This document shows, one piece after another, positions 45,347 through 54,493 of a stretch of DNA of 64,000 nt. The notes under the pieces were generated by a model. The model made no database searches. It had not been told where the DNA came from and saw only the letters and a list, made by a program, of their open reading frames with translations. The first letter of the stretch is position 1. Every line of letters begins with the position of its first letter. The position numbers and the translations under genes were made by a program. The stretch is taken from positions 3,068 to 67,067 of the forward strand of contig CAZHDZ010000004.1 in assembly GCA_964531275.1 (NCBI GenBank), written 5' to 3'. This DNA is from an uncultured Gammaproteobacteria bacterium. Lineage in GTDB: Bacteria > Patescibacteriota > Microgenomatia > Levybacterales > GWA1-39-11.

Positions 45347-47667
45347 ATAATAGGCTCAGGAAATTCCTCAGAAGAACTACCAGAAGCTCTTGCTGCAACT
45401 TTTCCACTGGTCCATCTCTGAATTTCATTCTCAACAGCAACTCTATTTTTGCTGTATGTCACTCGAGACTTATCAACGATTTCAATTGAGTAATCAAAAG
45501 TTGGCTTTGGAACACTAATCGTATTTGCTGAAAATGGCGTAGTTAACTTTCCATCAACGGACATTTTTACGTACATTTCTCGAGTATTAAGATTTATCAT
45601 GTCATCAGGCTTAAAGGTTGGAGAAAATTCTTTTGCCAAATACGCTGCGTCATCTCCCCCAACAGCAAAGACCACCATTGATCCTACGTTGCCAAATGCT
45701 GTGGCCTTTACTTCATCTGGAAGCTGCGCAATGTACTGGTGTGCAATCGTTAGATCCAAATGATATTTTCGAGCCTCGGAAAGGATACTCGAGAAAGCGT
45801 CCGTTGCAAAATTCTGGAATTCATCAACATAAAAGTAAAAATCACGCCTTTCCTCTTCCTTCATCTTCGCACGCGCTAAAGCTGCCTGCTGAATTTTTGT
45901 AATGAACATTGACCCTAAAAGTGCGGCGTTCTCATCTCCCAACTTTCCTTTTGAAATATTAATAAGAACAATTTTTCCCTCATTCATGAATTTTTCAAAA
46001 TCTAATGCATTCTTTTGTTGGCCAATCATATTCCTAACTATTGGATTTGAAATAAATTGCCCTACTTTATTAAGAATAGGAACAATAGCCTCATTGGAAA
46101 ACTGCTGGTTATAAGTCGCAAATTCATTTGTCCAAAAAGCTTTCACTACTGGGTCTTTTATTTGCATAACCACCTGCTGACGATAAGCAGTATCGGACAA
46201 AATTCTTGGAATACCTAAAATATTTGAGTCCGGGGTTTCAAGTAGTGCAAGCGTAATGTATCGAATAAGATGCTCCATACGTGAATTCCAAGTTGCAGCA
46301 AACAACTTCTTAAATATTGCTATAAAAAATACTGATAAATGTTGCCTTGCCTCATAGTCAGCAATAGGCTCAAGAGGATTAAACCCAATAGGAAAATCGC
46401 GGTCTGTAGGGTTGATATATACAACATCTTTTATTCTGTCCTTTGGAACATACATTAAAAGCTCATCTGCTAAATCTCCATGGGGATCTAAAAGACAACA
46501 TCCGTGTCCATTTTGTATATCTGAAATAAGCAGTAATTCCAAAAGCCTACTTTTACCACTTCCAGTTTTTCCAACTACATATAAATGTCTGCGTCTATCT
46601 AGCCGTTTTATTCCAAACTCCTTACCATCATTTCTATAATTAGTTACTCCAAATACGGACATTTCATTTGATTTAGTTTGGCCTACTATCGGCAAAATGT
46701 CTGGTGCCGGTGCTCTTTTTGACGTCGTATTAACAACGCTGCTAACAATAGCCCCTTTGTATGGGAAGTGATAGATAGTTGCAATCTCTGGAGTGGACCA
46801 CAAGTCCCCTTTCTCAAACGTACGGAATTTAAATTTCTTTGATGACTCAATACTCCATATTCCTGCTTTTTTAAGCTCATTTGTTGTACTTTTTAAGCTC
46901 TTAAGTAAATTTACCACACTCTCAAGCTTTGTCTTTGCAATCTGATGATCAACCGCCATATAGACAATTCTTAATTCTCCTTGGTACAGGCTGTGTGTAA
47001 GTTTTGCCTTCCCGGGATGGCCAGCTTCATAATTTCTAGACATAAGCTTAAATAGTGCCACATGAGAACCACGCTGCCACCATTTTGAGCCAACTCTTTT
47101 TAGTACCAATTGAATTGCAACTTGTTCTCCCCGATCGATCTTTGAGAACATTGCCGACAAATTTTTCAAAAGATCTTCTTCTAAATACTTGTATGTACTA
47201 ATTGGATACATACTCCCTTTTTTAAAATTTAGACCTGCAACGACAGATTTTTCAGGCTTAAAACTTTCAAAATAATCCGGAACAATTTCAATCTCAGCAT
47301 CTGCATATTGGGCATAGAGCTGGGATTCAATTGCGTTTTTCTGAACCTCAGGAAGAACAATATAAAAACTTAAGAACTGATTTATCGAAACCATCTCAAA
47401 GCTTATATGTGATCCTTGAGGCAATAATCTATGAATTGAGCGCAAGAAGCCTTCCATAGCATCTTCTTTTTGCTCATTTGATGGAGGAATTTTGACAAGA
47501 AGAACTACGTCCTTAAATTTCTCTTTTCTTTCTATTTCTTTTTTCAATTGTCTTTTTCTAAATAGGGGCTTGAGTGCGAAACCGAGGATAATTAGTGTAG
47601 CAATTGAGAAAATAAATACGCCTACTGATATGAAAGCTGTGAGCACTAAATCCAATACCTGTTGCAT
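45343..47667 (-). CDS. Membrane-anchored VirD4/TraG-family (type IV coupling protein-like) ATPase
   Basis: Two N-terminal TM helices. Walker A VVGKTGSGKS followed by LLDPHGDL, and Walker B FYVDEFQNF. 774 aa. Confidence 0.6.
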   Translation of the reverse strand: MQQVLDLVLTAFISVGVFIFSIATLIILGFALKPLFRKRQLKKEIERKEKFKDVVLLVKIPPSNEQKEDAMEGFLRSIHRLLPQGSHISFEMVSINQFLSFYIVLPEVQKNAIESQLYAQYADAEIEIVPDYFESFKPEKSVVAGLNFKKGSMYPISTYKYLEEDLLKNLSAMFSKIDRGEQVAIQLVLKRVGSKWWQRGSHVALFKLMSRNYEAGHPGKAKLTHSLYQGELRIVYMAVDHQIAKTKLESVVNLLKSLKSTTNELKKAGIWSIESSKKFKFRTFEKGDLWSTPEIATIYHFPYKGAIVSSVVNTTSKRAPAPDILPIVGQTKSNEMSVFGVTNYRNDGKEFGIKRLDRRRHLYVVGKTGSGKSRLLELLLISDIQNGHGCCLLDPHGDLADELLMYVPKDRIKDVVYINPTDRDFPIGFNPLEPIADYEARQHLSVFFIAIFKKLFAATWNSRMEHLIRYITLALLETPDSNILGIPRILSDTAYRQQVVMQIKDPVVKAFWTNEFATYNQQFSNEAIVPILNKVGQFISNPIVRNMIGQQKNALDFEKFMNEGKIVLINISKGKLGDENAALLGSMFITKIQQAALARAKMKEEERRDFYFYVDEFQNFATDAFSSILSEARKYHLDLTIAHQYIAQLPDEVKATAFGNVGSMVVFAVGGDDAAYLAKEFSPTFKPDDMINLNTREMYVKMSVDGKLTTPFSANTISVPKPTFDYSIEIVDKSRVTYSKNRVAVENEIQRWTSGKVAARASGSSSEEFPEPII

Positions 47668-47698
47668 TATCTAAGTATACAACGGACCCACACACTTC

Positions 47699-49228
47699 TC
47701 ACTCCCACTCCATTGTGGCCGGAGGCTTTGTTGAAATATCGTATACAACCCTGCTGACATCTGGCACTTCATTGACAATTCTTGATGAAATAGCCTGAAG
47801 GACATCATAGGGTAATTTTGCCCATGTGGATGTCATAACATCATTACTCTCAACAACCCTCAGAGCAACAACTTCAGAAAAGCTTCTCCCATCTCCCTTC
47901 ACAGCCGTAGACATTGCCCCCGTCATAACCGGAAATGAAATAAATACTTTATCCAAGATTTTTGCCTTTTCTAATTCCTCAAGAACTATAATGTCTGCTT
48001 TTTCCTCCATCATAAGTCTTGCTTCTGTTACCTCGCCACGAATTCTGACAGCATATCCTGGACCAGGAAAAGGTTGCTTATATACAAATTCTTTAGGTAG
48101 GTCCATCTTAAGCCCAATTGCCCTTACTTCATCTTTGTAAAATTCTCTTACCGGCTCAAGCAACTTCATTCTCATATGCTTTGGGAGTCCCCCGACATTG
48201 TGGTGTGATTTTATCCTTGCGGCATGTTTTGTGCCTTTACTCTCAATAACGTCTGAATAGATGGTTCCTTGCATCAAAAACTCTGGTTTTATTCCGCTTT
48301 TTTCAAGCCGATCCAACTCCCTTTCAAATATTTCGACATAATGTCTTCCAATGATTTTTCGTTTTGTTTCTGAATCTTTAATACCTTTTAAAAGAATTAG
48401 CATTTCTGCCCTAACGTCAATTATTGTAGGTTTTATTCCGATATGTTCAAAAATTGCTTTTACATGCTCTGTTGTACCATGACGCATAAGTCCGTTATCA
48501 ACATATATCGGGTAAAAATGGTCTCCGATAGCTTTTGCGGTTATAACGGCAGCGACGGTGCTATCAACTCCGCCGCTTACGGCACCAATCACATAACTAT
48601 CTCCAACTTTTTCCTTTATGTCTTCTACCAATGCAAAAGGGGAAATTGTTTGCTTGCCAACTTTAATGCCACAAATGCCTATAAAATTTCTGAGAAGCTC
48701 TAACCCAAAATCCGTATGCTCTACTTCAGGATGAAATTGAAGCCCAAATACCTTTTTCTTTACATCCCCAACAATCGCAAATTTCATATTCTTTGTAGTA
48801 CCAAAAACTTTCATGCCATTTGGCACCTTTACTATTTCGTCTCCATGGCTCATCCAAGCTGTAAATCTAGGCAATACGTTTTTGCATAGTTGAGCCTCTT
48901 TTCCTCGAATTGAAAGGTCTACCTTGACCGGACCATACTCTTTTCTTCCCTGGACTACTTTTCCTCCATTTAAATGCGAAATGAGCTGCAAGCCATAACA
49001 AATACCAAGAAGGGGAATGCCAAGTGAAAAAATTGCAGGATCAATTGTTGGAGCACCATTTTCATATACAGATGCGGGGCCACCAGACAATATAATACCT
49101 TCAGGCTCTGGATACATGCCAAGACGGAATTTATGAGGCTCAGTTATTGTAACCTGCACACCTAATTCCTTTATCCGTCGCGCAATTAAATGAGTTGTTT
49201 GGGATCCAAAATCAATAATTAAAATCAT
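47699..49228 (-). CDS. guaA: GMP synthase (glutamine-hydrolysing)
   Basis: Class I GATase N-terminus (GICYG) and ATP-PPase SGGVDSTV motif. Confidence 0.93.
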   Translation of the reverse strand: MILIIDFGSQTTHLIARRIKELGVQVTITEPHKFRLGMYPEPEGIILSGGPASVYENGAPTIDPAIFSLGIPLLGICYGLQLISHLNGGKVVQGRKEYGPVKVDLSIRGKEAQLCKNVLPRFTAWMSHGDEIVKVPNGMKVFGTTKNMKFAIVGDVKKKVFGLQFHPEVEHTDFGLELLRNFIGICGIKVGKQTISPFALVEDIKEKVGDSYVIGAVSGGVDSTVAAVITAKAIGDHFYPIYVDNGLMRHGTTEHVKAIFEHIGIKPTIIDVRAEMLILLKGIKDSETKRKIIGRHYVEIFERELDRLEKSGIKPEFLMQGTIYSDVIESKGTKHAARIKSHHNVGGLPKHMRMKLLEPVREFYKDEVRAIGLKMDLPKEFVYKQPFPGPGYAVRIRGEVTEARLMMEEKADIIVLEELEKAKILDKVFISFPVMTGAMSTAVKGDGRSFSEVVALRVVESNDVMTSTWAKLPYDVLQAISSRIVNEVPDVSRVVYDISTKPPATMEWE

Positions 49229-49321
49229 AATGGGGGACAGAGAAAATGGAGCGTTTCATAATTTAATATATTCGAATCACATATCTGTGTCAATTGCGTA
49301 TGTGTTTGGTACAATACCTCT

Positions 49322-50419
49322 ATGTTTGAAAGTAGAATAAGACTTCTTCAAGATGCCCTTTCTGATCACGAAATAGACGCTCTTCTTATTACATCTTCTT
49401 ATAATATTGCGTACCTTTCGGGTATCAATGCGTTTTCCGTTGAAGAACGTGAAGCAAAAATACTTATAACAAAGACCTCCATATACCTTTTTACCGACGC
49501 ACGATATACGGAAATGGTCAAAGAAAAAGCACCATTTATAGAACTTTCTGAAATTTCCTCAAATAATCCTTTTTCCAAGGCATTTCAAAAAGTAGTTGAT
49601 AAAGAACATCTTAAAGAAATCGGCTTTGAAGAGGAGTCAATAACGTATAAAGAAGCTGCTGATCTGGAGGAGAAATTTGGCAACTTGGAATTTATTCCAA
49701 CAGTTGACGTTGTAGAGAATATACGAACAGTAAAAGATGGTGAGGAGGCAGAACATGTTAAAAAAGCTTGCGCTCTTACTGACAAAGCGTATTCATTTAT
49801 CCTTAACTCTCTTGTTCCTGGCGTTACTGAAACTGAAGTCAAGGCACAATTAGAAAATTTTATGCGGCTTGAAGGAGGAGATCTTGCTTTTTCCTCAATC
49901 GTTGCCTTTGGGAAAAATTCAGCAATACCTCACCATTTATCTGATGAAACAAAACTTCAAGATCAAGACGTTGTACTTCTTGATTTCGGGGCAAAAATTG
50001 GCGGATATTGTAGCGATATGACTCGCACTGTATTTGTTGGAAAACCGACTGAAGACATGCACAAGATTTACCATGCAACCCTTGAAGCACAAGAAGTTGC
50101 AATTGATTATATCCGTACTCACATGGATGAAGGTTTTGAACTCAAAAAAGCTCACGAACTTGCAAATAGTCATCTTAATAAGCTTGAATTCCCTGATATC
50201 CCACATAGCTTAGGGCATGGTGTTGGGCTACAAGTCCATGAAATGCCAGTAGTATCACCTTATTCTGATGAAAAATTAGTCCCGGGAATGGTAATTACCA
50301 TTGAACCTGGTATATATATGCCAGGTCTTGGCGGTGTAAGAATTGAAGATACAGCAATCATTACAAGTGATGGCATTGAACTTCTCACAAAATCCCCTAA
50401 AGGGTTGACTGCCATTTAG
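49322..50419 (+). CDS. pepP: M24 family Xaa-Pro aminopeptidase
   Basis: Metal-ligand blocks DFGAKIGGYCSDMTRT, HSLGHGVGLQVHE and the IEPGIY region. Confidence 0.85.
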   Translation: MFESRIRLLQDALSDHEIDALLITSSYNIAYLSGINAFSVEEREAKILITKTSIYLFTDARYTEMVKEKAPFIELSEISSNNPFSKAFQKVVDKEHLKEIGFEEESITYKEAADLEEKFGNLEFIPTVDVVENIRTVKDGEEAEHVKKACALTDKAYSFILNSLVPGVTETEVKAQLENFMRLEGGDLAFSSIVAFGKNSAIPHHLSDETKLQDQDVVLLDFGAKIGGYCSDMTRTVFVGKPTEDMHKIYHATLEAQEVAIDYIRTHMDEGFELKKAHELANSHLNKLEFPDIPHSLGHGVGLQVHEMPVVSPYSDEKLVPGMVITIEPGIYMPGLGGVRIEDTAIITSDGIELLTKSPKGLTAI

Positions 50420-50440
50420 AATTGTTGTATTTTAATTGAC

Positions 50441-51136
50441 GTGAACAAAGTCCCATTTGTCGTTATAGGCATACTCTTATTAACAGCAGTTTTTGTTGCA
50501 GCATTCTCAAGCAATGACGGGAAAAATCCTTTAGACGCATTGGGAGATGTGTCTCCAACTCCAGCACTTAAGCTTAATAACACTCAAACAGATCAAAACG
50601 CACAGCAACAAGCCCAACAGCAACAGCAGCAACAAGCCCAAACCCCACAAGTTGTTCCAACCACACCACTATCTGATATACTATCTGCCACAGTGGTTAC
50701 CATACATACAGCAAAAGGAGACATTGTTCTTGACCTATATCCAAATGATGCTCCAAAAACAGTTCAAAATTTCGCAACACATGCCAAAAAAGGCTACTAC
50801 AATGGTCTTACATTCCATAGGGTAGAACCTGGATTTGTTATTCAAGGAGGGGATCCAAATGGCAATGGAACAGGAGGCTACTCTATTTTTGGCGCAACTT
50901 TTGCGGATGAATTAAATCCTGATACTGAAAGTTACAAAGCTGGCTATCAAGAAGGAGTACTTGCCATGGCAAATAGAGGACCAAATACTAATGGATCACA
51001 ATTTTTCATTATGCTTGCAGACAATACAACGCTCCCTAAAAATTACACAATATTCGGCAAAGTTAAGGAAGGTATGGATGTAGTTAAGCAAATCGTAAAA
51101 GGAGATAAAATGACCTCAGTTGAAGTAATCGAATAG
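50441..51136 (+). CDS. ppiB: Cyclophilin-type peptidyl-prolyl isomerase, membrane-anchored with Q-rich linker
   Basis: [15 protein letters not shown] and [14 protein letters not shown] motifs. N-terminal TM helix and a poly-Gln (CAG/CAA) stretch. GTG start. Confidence 0.85.
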   Translation: MNKVPFVVIGILLLTAVFVAAFSSNDGKNPLDALGDVSPTPALKLNNTQTDQNAQQQAQQQQQQQAQTPQVVPTTPLSDILSATVVTIHTAKGDIVLDLYPNDAPKTVQNFATHAKKGYYNGLTFHRVEPGFVIQGGDPNGNGTGGYSIFGATFADELNPDTESYKAGYQEGVLAMANRGPNTNGSQFFIMLADNTTLPKNYTIFGKVKEGMDVVKQIVKGDKMTSVEVIE

Positions 51137-51209
51137 GAAGTCATTGTTGTCCTTCGGACAGAATTTGTCCTGCGGCCATAAACTGCCCAGCGTTGAAGTA
51201 ATTGAATAG

Positions 51210-51650
51210 TTACTGAAACAAGAATTTTACAAAGAACCACACCGAAGTAATTACCCCAATAACACTTAATGATTGCCAGGTCGTCTGCATAATGATCCAA
51301 GACTCTTCGCCCTTAAACCACTTTTTTGGCCACAATGTATGAGGAGCATTTCTATGTGCGTGTGCAAATTGCTCCAAGAACCAATAGATTTGTTCACCGA
51401 TTGAACGAACTGTCCAGAAAACTGAAAAAATAAGGAGAAAAAGACTCCATTGCTGGAAAAGAAGACAAAAAAGTGTAACTACGGCAAAGAAAAGTCCAAA
51501 TACGACAGCGTCAATCCACACAAATACCCCAATAGGCAAGAACCATCTTACCAATCCAAAAGGATTCTTCTTTTTTCTTATGCCAAGAACAAGTGCAACT
51601 ACCGAATAACAAAAGAAGACCACAAGAAATATATTTGAAAAAATATTCAT
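51210..51650 (-). CDS. Hypothetical integral membrane protein
   Basis: 146 aa with four predicted TM helices. Confidence 0.4.
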   Translation of the reverse strand: MNIFSNIFLVVFFCYSVVALVLGIRKKKNPFGLVRWFLPIGVFVWIDAVVFGLFFAVVTLFCLLFQQWSLFLLIFSVFWTVRSIGEQIYWFLEQFAHAHRNAPHTLWPKKWFKGEESWIIMQTTWQSLSVIGVITSVWFFVKFLFQ

Positions 51651-51748
51651 AAAGTAAGGGGAATTATATCAAAAATGCGGTTTTGTTAGGTTTTTGTGAG
51701 GTAGCGGTGAAGCACAGCCCTACCCTCGGGCATACAATAGCCTTAATT

Positions 51749-53407
51749 ATGAGTGAATTCGCACCAACCATAGCACAACAACCAATAACAAATGGTGCTC
51801 CCATTCGACCTATGGGAGCTGAGAATTTTTCCGGCTTTTCCTCGAAGGGAATGTTCAAGGATATCCGCTCTAATTCAAGTGAAGGAATTATTGACATCAA
51901 TAATGGAATGGGCAAAGATTCCGAATTTCAAAGATCAGAATCTTTTGAATCCCAGGCCCAAGACAGCCAATCACTTTTTGACACCTCAAACCCTTATCAA
52001 GAGCAAGGAATTGGAAATTTTGATCAGCCCACACAAAGTACTGAAACTAGCTCAATCCAATCTATAGAAGAGCCAGCAAACGTCTCTAGAAATAAAGATA
52101 AGGAGTTCACCGACATGCTTTCTAACTCGACAGTGCTCTGGGAAAGTCCAACTTCAAAATTAAAAGGATACGGGACTCAAGAGGTGCCTGCTCAAAGAGT
52201 GGAAAAACCAACTCTTCTAAAAGAAAACGCAGAACACAGCATTCAGTCATCAGCGGGAGCTCACATAGAGACATCAAATAAGGGTTTGGTAGAGACTACA
52301 GCGGTGCCTGAGGGCCATGCAGAAGCATCTCCACAACAAGAAGCTGCAACAACAGGAAGAATTGTTACTATTCCAACGGAATCTGAACAAACTCCTACCT
52401 TACAAGCTCCAGTTGAAACAATGGATCAAAAAAAGGCTGAAGCCACCCAGACACAACCTGAAGGTGGTATTTCAACACAAACCGAAACTGAGAATACAGC
52501 ACTTTCTCAATCTCAACCAGAAACAAACATCAAAGAAAAATCAAAAACAATAACCAATGGCATAGCTATTACGGAAATAAATACTAAGCCAACAACTGCG
52601 CCCCAACTTCAACCTGAAGTTCGTACGCAAACAGAAACCACAACAACTACCACAGCTCTTGAAGCAGTAAGAGAAGAGGTAAGGCTAATGCCCGATACAA
52701 AAGAGGTAACAGTTACTCTCACTCAACCGTTGCCGGAGTTACAAAAACAAACAAAAACCCAAGTAATGGATAAAGAGGCTCTTGAGAAAATACTCGCAAC
52801 AGAAAAAGTTCAAAAAACTAAGGCTCAAACCGAAAAGGAGATTGATACAAAAGCAACTCCTACCATGAAAGGGGAAGAGGCAGCAGATCCTGAAAAAGAG
52901 GATGAAGATGAGACAACTATTAAGATTACAAAAGCTTGGTTTGAAGAAGATGTGGTAGCCAATAAAAATAGGAGACTAGAAATAGTTAAGGCATACGCTC
53001 TAGTGCACTATAAGTGGCTTAGACAGTACATTTCAAGAATCGATGGGTCAACGGTAGCTGATACTATTAAAAAACATCGGGATCGCGAAAAACTAGAGAG
53101 TCAATCGATAAAGCGTATTCAACGGGATGGTTCAGTTGATCCATTTGCAGAAACCATTGAAAAAGCAAAGGATATTGAAGCACTAGATGAATTAGATTCA
53201 TTATTGGACGATGCCGAGAGAGAATTCTCCGGGACTAACTTTACCGCTAAACCAACTCAAGAAATTATGGATGGAGAACAAATAGATCGTGTTCACAACG
53301 GAGAAGAGGAATTCTATGCAAATCTTGACGGAGAAGAAGTAAAAGTCATCATGAATGGAGCAAGAAATGCCAAAAAACCTACGTTTATAAGGGTCGAAAT
53401 GGAATAA
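51749..53407 (+). CDS. Hypothetical acidic low-complexity protein (Q/E/T-rich)
   Basis: The track ORF starts at TTG 51683. The ATG at 51749 is preceded by TACAAT. The middle is low-complexity and the C-terminal about 160 aa is more complex. Confidence 0.45.
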   Translation: MSEFAPTIAQQPITNGAPIRPMGAENFSGFSSKGMFKDIRSNSSEGIIDINNGMGKDSEFQRSESFESQAQDSQSLFDTSNPYQEQGIGNFDQPTQSTETSSIQSIEEPANVSRNKDKEFTDMLSNSTVLWESPTSKLKGYGTQEVPAQRVEKPTLLKENAEHSIQSSAGAHIETSNKGLVETTAVPEGHAEASPQQEAATTGRIVTIPTESEQTPTLQAPVETMDQKKAEATQTQPEGGISTQTETENTALSQSQPETNIKEKSKTITNGIAITEINTKPTTAPQLQPEVRTQTETTTTTTALEAVREEVRLMPDTKEVTVTLTQPLPELQKQTKTQVMDKEALEKILATEKVQKTKAQTEKEIDTKATPTMKGEEAADPEKEDEDETTIKITKAWFEEDVVANKNRRLEIVKAYALVHYKWLRQYISRIDGSTVADTIKKHRDREKLESQSIKRIQRDGSVDPFAETIEKAKDIEALDELDSLLDDAEREFSGTNFTAKPTQEIMDGEQIDRVHNGEEEFYANLDGEEVKVIMNGARNAKKPTFIRVEME

Positions 53408-53419
53408 AAATCAGGAAAT

Positions 53420-53899
53420 CTAGAATCTGAAGTGAGCGAATGCTTTGTTGGCATCTGCCATTTTATGTACTGAATCTCTCTTTCTTACAGCTTCTCCTTC
53501 ATTATTAAGAGCAGCAATTATTTCTGAAGCTAATTTTTCTGAAAAAGTCTTGTAATCAGTGTTTGGTTTCTTTCTTGTAGCGTCCAAAAGCCATCGGATT
53601 GAAAGAGAAATTTTTCTAGCTCCTCTTACTTCCATAGGAACCTGATATGCAGCTCCTCCTACTCTTTTTGCTCTTACTTCTTGCTTAGGTGCTATTGATT
53701 CAAGAGCTTTTTCAAAAGATTGAATTGGGTCCATACCTTTTTCCTTGAGGATATCGAGCGCATTATATACATTCTTCTGAGCAACGGTCTTCTTACCGTC
53801 TTCCATCACATTATTGATAAATTTTGTAAGTAATGTAGATCCATAAATAGGATCTGGGATCATTTTTCTTTTTTCAACTGTTTTATGTCCTCTTGGCAT
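53420..53899 (-). CDS. rpsG: 30S ribosomal protein S7
   Basis: MPRGHKTVEKRKMIPDPIYGS N-terminus and overall S7 pattern. Confidence 0.93.
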   Translation of the reverse strand: MPRGHKTVEKRKMIPDPIYGSTLLTKFINNVMEDGKKTVAQKNVYNALDILKEKGMDPIQSFEKALESIAPKQEVRAKRVGGAAYQVPMEVRGARKISLSIRWLLDATRKKPNTDYKTFSEKLASEIIAALNNEGEAVRKRDSVHKMADANKAFAHFRF

Positions 53900-53986
53900 A
53901 TTTTATAGGCAATTTTCAAATTTCAAATTCCAATTTTCAAACTATTGGTTTGATCAATTGGTATTTAGTTATTGATTATTTACAGC

Positions 53987-54412
53987 TCAAGCTTGAGCTG
54001 CGCCGCCTCCTTTCTTTGCTCCATACTTACTTCTCGAAGTCTTTCTTCCCTGAACTCCAGCAAGATCAAATTTACCTCTTACTAAATGGTATTTTACACC
54101 TGGCAAATCCTTTACACGACCGCCACGTACTAATACGATTCCGTGCTCAGCTAGATTGTGTCCAACACCCTGGATGTATGCTGTTACTTCTTCTCTATTT
54201 GAAAGCTTTACTCTTGCTACTTTTCTAAGAGCTGAATTAGGTTTTTTTGGAGTCATTGTTCTTACCAAAGTCACAACCCCTCTTTTTTGTGGAGATGGAT
54301 TTTCTGTATATGCTCTATTTTTTGCATTAAAAATAGTTCGCAAACCAGTTGCTTTGATTTTCTTGCCTTTTTTGGCTCTTCCTTTTTTAACTAATTGATT
54401 AAGTGTTGGCAT
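53987..54412 (-). CDS. rpsL: 30S ribosomal protein S12
   Basis: [12 protein letters not shown] ... [11 protein letters not shown] ... conserved blocks. Confidence 0.95.
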   Translation of the reverse strand: MPTLNQLVKKGRAKKGKKIKATGLRTIFNAKNRAYTENPSPQKRGVVTLVRTMTPKKPNSALRKVARVKLSNREEVTAYIQGVGHNLAEHGIVLVRGGRVKDLPGVKYHLVRGKFDLAGVQGRKTSRSKYGAKKGGGAAQA

Positions 54413-54493
54413 ATATCTCTTTTAACTAGGGTTTAGTTTTTAGGGTTTAGTTCTAAACGCTAAGCGCTAAACGCTTGAGTTGTATTATATCTC

